NCBI RefSeq assembly: GCF_006345805.1
Contig: NW_021836136.1
Coordinates: forward strand, 28,078-92,077
Direction of reading: 5' to 3'
Length of the DNA stretch: 64,000 nucleotides
From: Octopus sinensis
Lineage: Eukaryota
The position numbers were made by a program, and so were the translations under genes. A model generated the notes under the pieces. That model made no database searches, was not told the DNA's origin, and saw only the letters and a list, made by a program, of their open reading frames with translations. Shown piece after piece: positions 10,530-22,190 of the stretch (positions within the stretch are counted from its first letter, which is position 1; every line of letters begins with the position of its first letter).

Positions 10530-12290
10530 ATGTTAGCATTAAAGTAGGATAGTTGGATGTTAAAGACCTTTAACAAATTGGTGCAAATCAAACTTACATA
10601 AGTAAGATATAAGTAGTAGTGAACCCAGAACATCCAAAATCAGATGAAGACAGGATTTGTCTCCTAAGAAAAATATGTGGAAGAAGCCTGATACAGCTCA
10701 AACAATCCTTCAAATCAGCAATAATAAGCCTCGAAACATACCTTAAAACAACAGGTGATGTGCTCTTATGAACTGCAATGAAGCATGAAGATTCCAAGCA
10801 AGCTTCAGTCACAAAGCTTAGTAAGAAATTTAAAAAGTCTCTTGGACCTATAAGTTAACAATAAGAATGACCAAAGACACCCAAATACTGACAGACCTAC
10901 CATTGTTTCTCCTGATTTAGAAATTAACAATCAGAAAGACCAACAAGATACAAATAGTGACAAACCTATCATTGATGCAAAAAACAGTAAATGTTGATCC
11001 TTTCACCTGCATGATTTTCACTAAGAAAAAAACAAACTTGGATTATTTGCATGGAATCAAGTACTCAGATCTCCTAATATGCTGCAAACTCCTTATTTTT
11101 GTTTGAAAAAAAAGAGGGAGGGTCCCCATATCTCAGAATCATTGGGAATTTTTTTTTTCCATTGACTGAATTCCAGTGACCTCCTAATATGCTACAAAAT
11201 CCTTTTGGAGGTTTGGAAAATGGGGTAAAGTGGGATGGAACCTGCAGAAATTTCATCCCACCCCATTTTCAAATATTTTTTGCTATTTCTTCCTTTAGCT
11301 ATAATTTCAGGTAACATTTTGCAGAAATATATTTTCAAGAGAGTGTGGATTACATTAGATTAAAAATTCAAAGAATTTTGAAATGAAAAAGTGAAAATGC
11401 AGAGGTTATAGAAGTTACAGTGGTACCGAAGTCAGTGGGGAAATAAAGAACAAAGTATAATTAATCTAAAAAAAAACATGTTAGTTTGTGTATGTATATG
11501 AAACAAGTAAAAATATCAAGTTTTGTTATTGCAGTACAAGATCAGAACTTACCTACCAGAAACTACCATGCAAATGTCCTTAAAGATGGATCTGACCCGT
11601 TATGTAGAATTTGTGGAAAATTCACAGAGACAATCGATGATGTTGTTTCTGACTGCCCAGTCGTCACTGAAAAGGAGTACCTGATAAGACATGACAGACT
11701 AGGGCTGTACATCTACTGGAATTCTTGTAAATACTACAAAATTTAATCCCATGATAAATGGTACAGGTACCATCCAGAGGAAGTAGTAAATGGTGAGGGT
11801 GTCACCATCATTTGGAACTTCCCAATACAAACAGACCAAAAAATTGACTAATCGACCAGACATTGTGATCAAGGACTACAACAGAGGAACTTGTCTGTTA
11901 ATAGATATGTCTGTCCCTCAAGATCAAAATGTCTCAAGAAAGGAATATAAAAAGCTTCCTCACTATAAAGATCTGCAAACTGAAATCACAAAAATGTGGA
12001 AGCTTAGTACTACGATAATACCAGTAGTAATTGGTGTGTTGTGACTGATAAAGAAGGTAGCTGAGAAGTATATTAAGCCCCTCCCTGGTAACTCCGAAAG
12101 ATAACCTTGATGGGTACAGCCCATATACTATGGAAAGCACTTTCCATCTAAAATGGAATGATTGTGGTGATAATTTTAGCATGCATAGCAAAACAAAAAT
12201 GCCCTTGCTACTTCAGGCCGCCAGAAGATGCCTGGTATTAAGGCAGCTAAATGAAGTAATAATGAAAGGAAACCATAAATGACGATGATA
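10530..12290 (+). mobile_element. R4/Dong-like RLE-clade non-LTR retrotransposon, degenerate and interrupted at about 11060-11490
   Basis: Translations include HPKSDEDRICLLRKICGRSLIQL (post-RT region), FVIAVQDQNLPTRNY, a zinc knuckle CRICGKFTETIDDVVSDC with H replaced by D, and an endonuclease region NRPDIVI...DMSVPQD...KEYKKLPHYKDL...IIPVVIGVL. It is followed directly by (ATA)n. Confidence 0.85.
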
Positions 12291-12296
12291 ATAATA

Positions 12297-12333
<37 letters not shown>
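12287..12333. repeat. (AAT)n microsatellite at the LINE 3' end
   Basis: Direct reading of the sequence. Confidence 0.95.
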
Positions 12334-12530
12334 GTGATGGCTAGAAGTATATTGAGTTCTTCATAACCAGCTGATCTAGCAAGCGGGGCCTCATATCAGT
12401 GAGGGGGGCCGGTGCGCACTGATGCCGTTCAGAGGTAGGCCCCGAAACGGCGTGCATTTTCTCCTGATGACCCCATACACTTGCTAGCTTCTGGTATACG
12501 GAGCTTTTAACTGGTAGCACTTGCATGTGC
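12334..12530. other. GC-rich, highly structured island containing separated hammerhead-like modules
   Basis: GGGGCCT (12385-12391) pairs with AGGCCCC (12437-12443), which is followed by GAAACGGCGT. TTCTC-CTGATGA ends at 12470. Further inverted repeats: ctagcaag/cttgctag, atcagtg/cactgat, gccgtt/aacggc. Confidence 0.4.
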
Positions 12531-12544
12531 AAGTTGTTTGCAAG

Positions 12545-13590
12545 ACATAGAATAATAAACTGTTTTCAGTCCTTACTGAAGCTGACAAATAAATACTGGA
12601 AAGAAGTCATAGTACCTAACAACTATGAAGAAAAAGAAGAAACAACAAAAGTTGTAAAACAACTGAAATCCAAACTAAAACTGGAAAAGCAATGGATCAT
12701 GATAAAATGATGGTAAGAAAGGCCCCATCATGGCAGATATTGGGTGAAACTAAAGAGAAAAGAAATAGACAAAGCAAAATTCTAACAATGGCTGAGAAGC
12801 TCAGGACTCAAAGCAGAGACTGAAGGATTTTTAATTACAGCATGAAATCAAAACCTTCCCACCAGAAATTACCAAAAACATGTACTGAAAAGAAATATGA
12901 GTAACTGCAGAATATGTGCAGATAGAGAAGAACCAATAAATCATATTGTCTCTAGCTGCCTAGTCCTGGCTAAGAAGGAATATATTCACAGACACGACAG
13001 AGTTGGGACCCATATACGTTGGAAGATATGCCAACACTATGGAAATAACAACAGAAAAAAGATGGTATAGGCACATGCCAGAAAAGGTCACAGAAAATGA
13101 GAAAGCAACCATACTCTGGGATATGCCAATACACACAAATAGAGAAATTAAGGCTAATATGCTTGACATGGTTGTCAGAGAATCCAAGCAAAAAAAAAAA
13201 TGCTTTCTAACTGATGTATCAATACCAGCAGATGACAATGTTTCTCTAAAAGAAACGGACAAACATTCAAAATACAAAAATCTGGAAATAGAGGTAACTT
13301 GAATGTAGAGTCTAAAAACAGGAACAATTCTTATCATAGTAGGTGCATTAGGTATGACAAAAAAATATTCAGACAGATACAGAGCAAAAACACTAAGACT
13401 AACAAGTATGCATAACATACAGAAAATAGCACTACTAGGCACTGCACACATCCTCCGTAAAACACATTCGATACAGTAAAAATAAGAGCATCACAACAAA
13501 CCACAGCATACACCCACATCACACAGAGCTGCACTCAATAGTGCAGCGAAAACACATGATAAAAATAAGACTACTGAATAATAATAATAG
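12545..13590 (+). mobile_element. Second R4/Dong-like RLE-clade LINE (different subfamily), 5'-truncated
   Basis: Translations include WLRSSGLKAETEGFLIT, CRICADREEPINHIVSSC (CCHC), HRHDRVG, TILWDMPIHTNREIKAN, DVSIPADDNVSLKETDKHSKYKNL and IIVGALG...KIALLGTAHILRK. It ends in aataataataat. Confidence 0.9.
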
Positions 13591-14729
13591 TAAACAGCAA
13601 AATACAGTAGATGCAAGAATCAATATATATGAAATAGGGACAATCTCTGTTAAAAGGAAATGTTACTAGCCTTCATTTATGTCCTGAACCTATTGAAAGG
13701 ATGGCAAGTTTTTATTATCTACTTTAATAGTATATAAACAGTTAGAGATCAAAGGAAGCATAGTTATTTCACAGGTTCTTTTACGGTAAAACAAATATTT
13801 TCATACAGCTAAATCAGTATGTTGCATGGCAGTACATGTCATGATATTCCTTTCTAAACAAATATTTGGAATCATCTAATTGACTATTCATTTGTTTTCA
13901 TCTGGGGATTTATTTAAGGTTACTGCTTCAGCTAAATGTTGTTCATGAAGGGCATAACGAGAATAAAAAGAAGCCATACACCAATTACAATATCATGCCC
14001 TAATACACTTTCACACTCAGGGGACAGATTTTCTAAGTAAATATAAGAAAAGAATATTAAATGAAAAAGAACAAGACATAACAAATACTCTATGAAGAGG
14101 GAAAATAAAGCATCAATCCAAGAAGGAATATTTCCCCAAATATATTTTATATTTAGAAAGTATTTGTTTATTATTTTTTCAATGCATATTTTTACTGATA
14201 CAGAAGAAAATAATTCATCCATTTTATAAGAACAATGGATATAGATATAAATTTCTTTTCCAAACATAATATAGTTGTATTGCCTAAAAACATGTCAGAC
14301 CATTTGTGTTAACCACATACAACCTTTGCAGATTATATTAAATCTTCTAAATTTACAGCAAGGTTGAAGCGTAACACTTCAAATCTCAATCATTTATTAA
14401 ATAGTTTTCTTTAAAGAAGGTTAGTGCTAAGATCAGCTTTAAACAATGTTACAGCTAAGATCAGCCACTCCTTTCTTCCCCCAATGGATTGTCACTAAAA
14501 TATCACAGCTTCACTGTGATCTTATCAGAAATAAAAGCAGAGAGAGTGTGTTGAAATGCTTTTGTACAATAAATTATGCAATAAGTGCTATTATACATGA
14601 CACTATTTTTATATTTTGTTGACAGTCTCAGAATGAAAAATAAAATGAAAAAAAAAAACAGAACCTATGTGATTCCAGATCATTTTTATAAGCATTTCTC
14701 ACAAAAGCTAAGATCATTTTTCCTTTTAG

Positions 14730-14752
14730 ATCTGACATTCGCGATGTAAAAG
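14730..14752 (+). other. Candidate 23-nt micro-exon (xSDIRDVKx), unverified
   Basis: atcatttttccttttag|ATCTGACATTCGCGATGTAAAAG|gtaagc. Near-consensus splice sites, one open frame, and CpGs retained in a CpG-poor context. Confidence 0.3.
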
Positions 14753-15221
14753 GTAAGCTATATTAACTTTGAATCTGAAACTGAAAGAAACATTTCAAAA
14801 TGTTCAATACAAAAATAGAATATTGATTTCTTACATTACCACAAAGGTATGTGAAGAGTATATTTATTTCACTCAACTTCATGATATTATTGGCACTTAC
14901 ATGATTCATCCCAGAAAGATAAAATTCAAAGCTGATCCAGCCATATTTGATCACAGGTTTAATGTAAGGTGAAGGTAAAATTTTTCAAGGCATTCTATCC
15001 ACATAACACCTTTGCTTTTGACAAGTCATTACTCTAAGTAAAATAGAAAATTAAAGATACGCACATTTTGTTTTTAGCACTAAAATATGTCTATTCAGAA
15101 AGTTGCCATTTATCACAAATCATTTGTATTTATTTGTATATACATCTTTGTGACAATATATATTTAAGTGAGATACAAACATTATCCATGTCATTTAAAT
15201 AATAATAATAATCCTTACTAT

Positions 15222-15415
15222 AGGTAAAAGGCTTGGATTTTAGGGAGCCAATTACATCAACCCCAGTGCTCAAAAGGTAGTTACTTTACTGACCCAAAAA
15301 GGATGAAAGGCAAAGTTGACCAGAGCGAAATTTGAATGCAAAACATGAAGATGGACAAAACACAGCTAAGTATTATGTCTGACATGTCAACAATTCTGCC
15401 AACTCACTGCCATAA
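15222..15415 (-). mobile_element. SINE-type dispersed repeat, family B
   Basis: 'aggcttggattttagggag..attacatcaaccccagtgctcaaaaggtagttactttactgacccaaaaaggatgaaaggcaaagttgacc' is homologous to 17095-17270 and 55345-55548. Confidence 0.65.
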
Positions 15416-15499
15416 TAATAAAAATCTGAAAAAAAAAATTTCCATGTAGCAATTCAAATTTTCTCATCAATACATACATATGTGTGTGTGCATATATGA

Positions 15500-15794
15500 T
15501 GGACTCTCCCATTAAAGACGACATATGAACGTTCAGCTTTTGTTAAACAGCCTGCGCAAATGATTTGTTTATGGTGATCAAAAGTTCATGTTGCACACTA
15601 TCTCACTCTCTCCATCAAATTGACCTTCCCTGAGCAGGTGAATGGTGTACCACAGATCAGGTGTCAAAGTGATCGCAGAACAATGTGAGGTGAAGTGTTT
15701 TGCCCGAGAACACAATGCATCACCTGGTCTAGGATTTGAAATCACAATTGCTAGATCATGAGTGCAACTCCCTAACCACTAAGCCATGCACCTC
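15500..15794 (-). mobile_element. tRNA-derived SINE, family C
   Basis: The reverse complement begins gaggtgcatggcttagtggttagggagttgcactcatgatc...gtgatttcaaatcctagacc (A-box and B-box like), followed by 'tgtgttctcgggcaaaacactt'. The 3' boundary is approximate. Confidence 0.7.
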
Positions 15795-15810
15795 ACTATA
15801 TATATATATA

Positions 15811-16194
15811 GGAGTGGCTGTGTGGTAAGTAGCTTGCTAACCAACCACATGGTTCTGGGTTCAGTCCCACTGCGTGGCATCTTGGGCAAGTGTCTTCTGC
15901 TATAGCCCTGGGCCGACCAATGCCTTGTGAGTGGATTTGGTAGACGGAAACTGAAAGAAGCCTGACGTATATATGTATATATGTGTATGTGTTTGTGTGT
16001 CTGTGTTTGTCCCCCTAGCATTGCTTGACAACCGATGCTGGTGTGTTTACGTCCCCGTCACATAGCAGTTTGGCAAAAGAGACCGATAGAATAAGTACTG
16101 GGCTTACAAAGAATAAGTCCCGGGGTTGATTTGCTTGACTAAAAGCGGTGCTCCAGCATGGCCACAGTCAAATGACTGAAACATGTAAAAGAGT
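15811..16194 (+). mobile_element. tRNA-derived SINE, family A, near full length, inserted in (TA)n
   Basis: Head ggagtggctgtgtggtaag (A box) and ggttcagtccc (B-box like); a CORE-like 'cttgggcaagt'; an internal TA/TG microsatellite; and an aaaagagt tail. Several near-identical copies occur in the window. Confidence 0.93.
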
Positions 16195-16974
16195 ATATAT
16201 ATATATATATATATATATACTGTACAGAGGCCTGATTTACATGTATATGTGCGTGCACTTGCATATGCAATGGTATTTTGATTACTAGCTTTAAAAAACT
16301 AGTCCAGTGTCAAAAAGCTTAAAATCTTGATTCAACAAATATAGGTCAATATAATAAGTATCAGACTGAAAAATGCTTTGGGGTCTAGATGATCATAGTC
16401 TAACGATTGAAACTTGTAAAAGAAATGTATGTACTGCATTCTTCATCAGTCTCTATGATCAGCATCCTGTTGTTCAACCAACTGAACGCCAGAAATGTGT
16501 AAATTTAATACAGTTCGTAGACTGAATGAGTTTGCCACAAAGTGTCAAAGCTGAACCATCTAGTTACTTGTAAACTGCACAAGAAAAAATAAAGAGGGAA
16601 AAGGTGAAGGACTGATGTAACATGGCCTCAATGAAGTTGTGGTCAATGTTAAAAAAAACGCAAAGAGACAGAACAATTGTCACAGAGCATCTCTCTCCAG
16701 TACATGCACTCATAATGAAAACAACCAACAAATTATTTCATTCTTTACATACATTTTCGTAACACCTTAGTAGTAACAATTACTTGTTTAGTTAAGCAAA
16801 GATATTGAAAACTGCCTATAAGGAATTACTCGGACTATGACAACCTAACCAACCTACACTCACAAATGTAAAAAATGATGATAAATAATTAAATCAATTG
16901 TTACTTAATAACTCTGTGTATGTGTGTGTGTGTGTGCATGCGTGCACATGCACGCATCATGTTTCCATATAGTG

Positions 16975-17270
16975 AGCATCAACCAAAGTCAGTTCCATGC
17001 AGTGGGACTGAACCTGAATCCATATGGTTGGGAAGCAAACTTAATAATATACCATATATAATTTTAAAGGAACGATTTAAAAAAAAAAAATTTGGTACAA
17101 GGTTAGCGATTTTGAGGGGTCAATTACATCGACCCCCAGTACATAACTGGCACTTATTTTATAGGCCCTGAAAGGATGAAAGGGAAACTCAACCTCAGTG
17201 GAATACTTCTAATTCATTATGATCTGAGTTCAAAGCACTCTTTTTGACACTAACAATTCTTCCAGCTTGC
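16975..17270 (-). mobile_element. Family A SINE head fragment followed by a family B repeat
   Basis: 'gcagtgggactgaacctgaatccatatggttgggaagcaaactt' followed by 'caattacatcgacccccag...aaaggatgaaagggaaactcaacctcagtggaat'. Confidence 0.6.
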
Positions 17271-19879
17271 AACATTGAGGAACTAATTTTAGTAACATTT
17301 TAAAATGCTTACTGCTGAAAAAAAAATTAGTTAACAGGAGTTTTTTCATGTTCCAGACTGTGGCTCACCCAATAAAGAAGCCACTATTTCTGAGTTCTTT
17401 CCTATTATCAGACTTAGTATGAATAACAACAACTATTAAATATCCAATTAAAAATTACATATGTTACTGAGTATAGTTGTCCTTCCATATGCCATTTCTT
17501 ATTCCTTTTTAGAAGAGATATGACAAGTATATTTTATATTTCTCTCCAGAGTATCATTCACTTTTCTTTTCTTCTTTCTTTTTTTTTTTTACCAAATCCT
17601 ATATTTCTAAAAACGAAAACAAATATAAAATTGAAGTTCTGAATGACTGACTTAGCAACAAGCAGGCACATACACATGCAGAGCATTACTTTCCTCCAAT
17701 GAACATTCAGCTGAAAGTAATCAAATATGAATAAGTTTTATTGATTTTCAAGTTATTTTCCTTCCATTGTCAAGTTAAATTCAAATCACTGTTCTGTTGA
17801 GCATCTCTACAGTTATGGAGGTAACTGGCACTTTATATATTAGTTTTTAATTCCACAAGCTCAAATCTATTGTTGAATGGAAATAATAAAAGAAAATATT
17901 TTGTGCATGCGCATACACACAGTCTCACTGGTACATATGCACATATCTACACACACACACATGCATACATGTGCGTGTGTGTGTGGTGTGTTGAAACATT
18001 CCAATTTCAGTAATAATATCCAAAAGCAATTATCTTTAAGCAGACAGTTTTCAGCAGTTTCCATCTCTTGCATAGAAGCTACAAACTTATGTTTTCATTT
18101 TCATTGATATCTTAATAAAGTATGCATACATCTATACATGTATGAAATAAACATATCCTACTAGCCAATATTGTTGGTTAAAATAATACTACTTTTGTTC
18201 TGCTAATACATAAGGCATCTGATATTTTAACTCATAAAAGGATAAATCCTATCCTCACATACACACATGCTATATGTATATATATATATATATATATATG
18301 AAAGTAGCTGAGTATCTGCTATTACAGAAATCATTTTCTTCTTTGTCCCCACTTTTTTTTTTTTTTTTTTTCACCGCTATTAGTCCACACAATATTTTAG
18401 AAAAGAAATCTTCTGAAAAGATAATCACTGCCTGGATAATATAATACTGAAAAAAAAAAAAATTAGTATAAATCTATCTATTGAGAAAATATGAGAGATG
18501 AATATTATTTGGATAAAAATATAAATAACATTGATACCAAATGATAAAGAAAATTCTCTGAAATTACTCTCCACATGTATCAATTCTACAAAACTGTTCT
18601 TAATTCCATGATGCATTGTATAATACAGTTTACAAAGTGAAATCAAGAAAATAAGATCATCTTTGTAGCATAATTGCTATATTTTTTTGTTATCTATATA
18701 GTTGGTTTTTAGCTTGATAAGTAAGAGTTCCTTTAATGTTTCTGAATAATTTAGTAAAAAGAAAGTAATTCTAAAATATTAGCAAGCTTATTTCAATATG
18801 ACAGTCTTAAATTAAGTTTCCAGATTTACGATAGGTAAATGTTAATCAATTTCTCAGACTTGACATTAGGTTTAAGTCTGGAATGAAAATGATAATACAA
18901 TTTGAATTATTTTTGTTCTTAGCATCGTAAAACTAAGTGCAAGTACTATATATCTTTAATATAATACTTGCACTTACTTTTTACATGTCAATATTGCATA
19001 TGGCTTTAAAATAATCAGGATATAATACTCTTGCACACTGACATGCAAATCTGTCATCAAAACTACCCTTCTATGAACACTATACATCGTATATCTCTTC
19101 AATCAGCAGTTCTTTTCTGAAGAAAGAACTACCAAAAAATTCTCTGACCAACATCCAATATATTCTGGCGAGCTCTAAGATTTGGTTCTGTCTGTAACAT
19201 TCTTTTGTTTTATGGAAATATGACTTGTAGATAATGCCCTATTTAAAACTTTGCGAATTGTCAACACTTAAGAATTATCCACCTACAATATAGATACACC
19301 ACACCAAATCTACACAAATTTCATGGATAGCGACCTCAAAAACATCCTCCATTTAGGTATACTAGGCTTATATGCTTTAACAGCAGTAAAAAAGAGAAAA
19401 ACACAAGCATCACACATTTGAAGGAAACTTCACAGAACTTCACCCTCCTGAAATATGATCAACATGCTAATTAAGCCATCATAATTGCTCCAAATGCTAG
19501 GGCCTCACAATCACCAAGAATCTCATCTGAGGAATAAACATTTCTAACAGAGTAAATACCTGAATCTCAAAGACTAGCCTTTTTCTTGAGAGCCCCCAAA
19601 ATACTCCAGCCTTTATTAATTATTGACTATGTGCAGAAAGCTCAGTTGAGACACACAACTAAGAGCTGATACCACATCTGGATGAGAGTGGCATCTATAC
19701 ACAAGGACAACTTCGACTGTATCCAAACTGGTTAGCATAAAGTCACTCAGACATCTTAGACATGTTGTCACCCCTCTCTCTCTCTCTCTCTTTCTTTCTC
19801 TGGCTTTTGTACCACTTCTACAATGGCCTCTGCTCCTTAGAACAAGTTGGTTTCATGCAGTCTTCACTCAGTACTTTGA

Positions 19880-21165
19880 CTCATTTATCGTCTGTTGAGT
19901 TTAGCATCAAAACTGTACTGTGAGGATGAGTTCGTGAAGCATGCATACTGAAGGTTGCAGAAGTTGTATGCCCTGAGAAGTGACAGACTTTAGCCAACAT
20001 TAAGCTGATGATAGGATTTCGGGCCTTTCTGTAGATTTGGACAGGCAACTGAAGCACAAAGTCAAGTCATTTATTACATTTTCAGTTGCAATTGATGAGA
20101 GCATGAACATTAGAAATGTTGTGCAACTGGCCATATTCATTTGTGGAGTAGACAAGATTTTGACCATCACCAAGGAGTTCCTGGAGTTGGTCCCTATGAT
20201 GAACATCACAATAGCAAACGACATTTTCATCTCTCTCATTGCAGAGCTGGACATCTCTCTCATTGTTTGACCTGCTAGAAGTAGTAACTGAATTACCTTT
20301 AAATCACACTCTACCATTTATAAAGAAATTTGCTAAGACCCCATAATTTACAATAAGAAACAAACCAGTTTGGATACAGTCGAAGTTGTCCTTGTGTATA
20401 GGTGCCACATTCATCCAGATGTGGTATCAGCTCTTAGCTGTGTGTCTCAACTGAGCTTTCTATAGATAGTCAGTAGTTAATAAAGTTGTCAGAGTGGAGT
20501 GAGCCTGTGCTGTTAGTGTGACTACAGATGGCGCTTCATCAATGATTGAGAAAAAAAGCAGGTGATGTGATGCAGTTGAGAGAGAGAGAGAGAGAGAGTA
20601 AAGTCTGTTAATGGAGGATGTGATTTTTGGATATTTCACTGCATTTTGCACCAGGTGGCATTGTGTTGCAAGCTGTTCAAAAAGGATCACGTCATGGAAG
20701 TGTTTGTCTGAACTGTTAATTTCATTCGAAGTAGAGGTCTGAATCACTGTCAGTTTGACAGTCCTCTCAGTGATATAGGCATTACCTATGGCTTGCCATA
20801 TCACACCTTGGTTAAGCCAAAGTGCCGTGTTGAAGTGTTTAATCTACAAGAAGAAATTGAACAGTTCATAGAGAAAAAGGGTAAACCAATGTTAGAATTT
20901 CAATCACCAGAATGGCTGCAAGATCTAGCATTTACTGTGGATATTACAGAGTACTTGAATAATCTGAACAAAATGCTGGATGGCCATAAAAAAGTTGACA
21001 CAGTATTTTGAAAGCATGCACGTGTTCAAGATGAAGCTAGCTTTGTGGGAGACACAACAGTTAGATGCTGACACTGCTCCTTTTCTTTGTCTAAAAGATG
21101 TGGTTGCGACTGCAGATAATGTTGACATGGATAGGTACAAAGACAATATCACAGGATTTGTGTCT
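19880..21165 (+). mobile_element. hAT-superfamily transposase relic of the GTF2IRD2/SPIN/Charlie-like type, with frameshifts and stops
   Basis: Translations include KVAEVVCPEK, KVKSFITFSVAIDES (first catalytic D), QLAIFICGVD...EFLELVPM, AVSVTTDGASSMIEKKAG, NFIRSRGLNHCQF and EWLQDLAFTVDITEYLNNLNKML. No TIRs were identified. Confidence 0.88.
20252..20461. repeat. Composite local duplication inserted into the hAT relic
   Basis: 20252-20265 duplicates 20228-20241. 20264-20368 matches 22081-22185 directly (3 differences in 105). 20363-20461 matches the reverse complement of 19635-19733 (4 differences in 99). Confidence 0.92.
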
Positions 21166-22074
21166 GGGACACAAACTACATAAAATAATGTATGGAATGG
21201 TCACAGTTGGAGTACGATTGATCATAACTCTACACAATCAGTTGACCAGTAGGTAAATAAAACAAAGACTAACTATATAAATATTCATGTGCAATACAAT
21301 ATTTATATTATTCTTGGCATAAAATATTTAACTCTTCGACATAAACTATTTTAGTTTTAGGTAGCAATTAAAGGTATTGAGTATGAAGCTCAATTGTTAT
21401 TTGACAACATCCCTTTTAAAATGTTAACTGAATGTGATGGCTATATATATCTTCCTTGGTGGAATTAAAAGTGAAAAGTCAGTAAGATATTTCATACATT
21501 TGTCATAAGAGCAGTCAATACAATGAAGATATTTTTTCCATCCATCACTTTTTATTAAGTAACAGGTTTGTTCTTACTCTGAAACCAATGAAAATCCTCC
21601 TGTTTATGATATCAAGAAAGTTAGCTTTCTCAGAATCATAAATAGGATTATTTCCATTGGTTTTAAGAGTAAGAACTATTCTGTTATTGAACCCAAAGTA
21701 TGTACATTATCGCTGACTACACTCATACTATATTATACTTTACTTGGTTCAAACTTCATCAATATAACAACAACAAAATCAAAGGCGGTTAATGAGAAAC
21801 TGTACATGTAAACCACTCTAATTAAATTCTATCACAGATATCATAATTAAAACAAGATAAATTCCAACCAAATATGATTATACTTACAAGTAATTACTAG
21901 TATAATTAATTCAATCATATCTGAACAACCAACATGTATGCATCTTCTAAAGTGTTACATAGACGAAATTACAGAGAAGTGCTAATGCAGTAATTTTACA
22001 AATTATGATGTAATAGTGTAAGATATTTAAAAGAAAATGTAATGAATTCCAAAGATAAGTGATGCTACTTATGA

Positions 22075-22190
22075 AGTAGTTGTTTGACCTGCTAGAATTA
22101 GTAACTGAATTACCTTTAAATCACACTCTACCATTTATAAAGAAATTTGCTAAGACCCCATAATTTACAATAAGAAAAAAGCCAGAATTG
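22075..22190 (+). repeat. Dispersed repeat family D
   Basis: 'tgacctgctagaattagtaactgaattacctttaaatcacactctaccattt' has diverged homologues near 57590-57700, 61130-61270 and 63855-64000. Confidence 0.55.

Noticed and set aside
10599-10741. Minus-strand exon-like segment with a good acceptor and donor (YVSRLIIADLKDCL...)
   Set aside because: It is the antisense of the R4/Dong-like ORF (HPKSDEDRICLLRKICGRSL on the plus strand), so the open frame is a by-product.
15811-15890. tRNA-like sequences at SINE heads (also 45860-45935 and 59707-59780)
   Set aside because: Only A and B boxes are retained, with no cloverleaf or acceptor stem. These are SINE heads, not tRNA genes.
16160-16190. SINE 3' hairpin followed by GAAAC, resembling half a hammerhead
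   Set aside because: There is no CUGANGA upstream of the stem in any copy.
16390-16498. Two short plus-strand exon-like segments (DHSLTIETCKRN; LYDQHPVVQPTERQKC)
   Set aside because: Weak polypyrimidine tracts or donors, no recognised protein, and within chance expectation.
19000-19620. Possible degenerate LINE fragment on the minus strand
   Set aside because: No interpretable motif in any frame.
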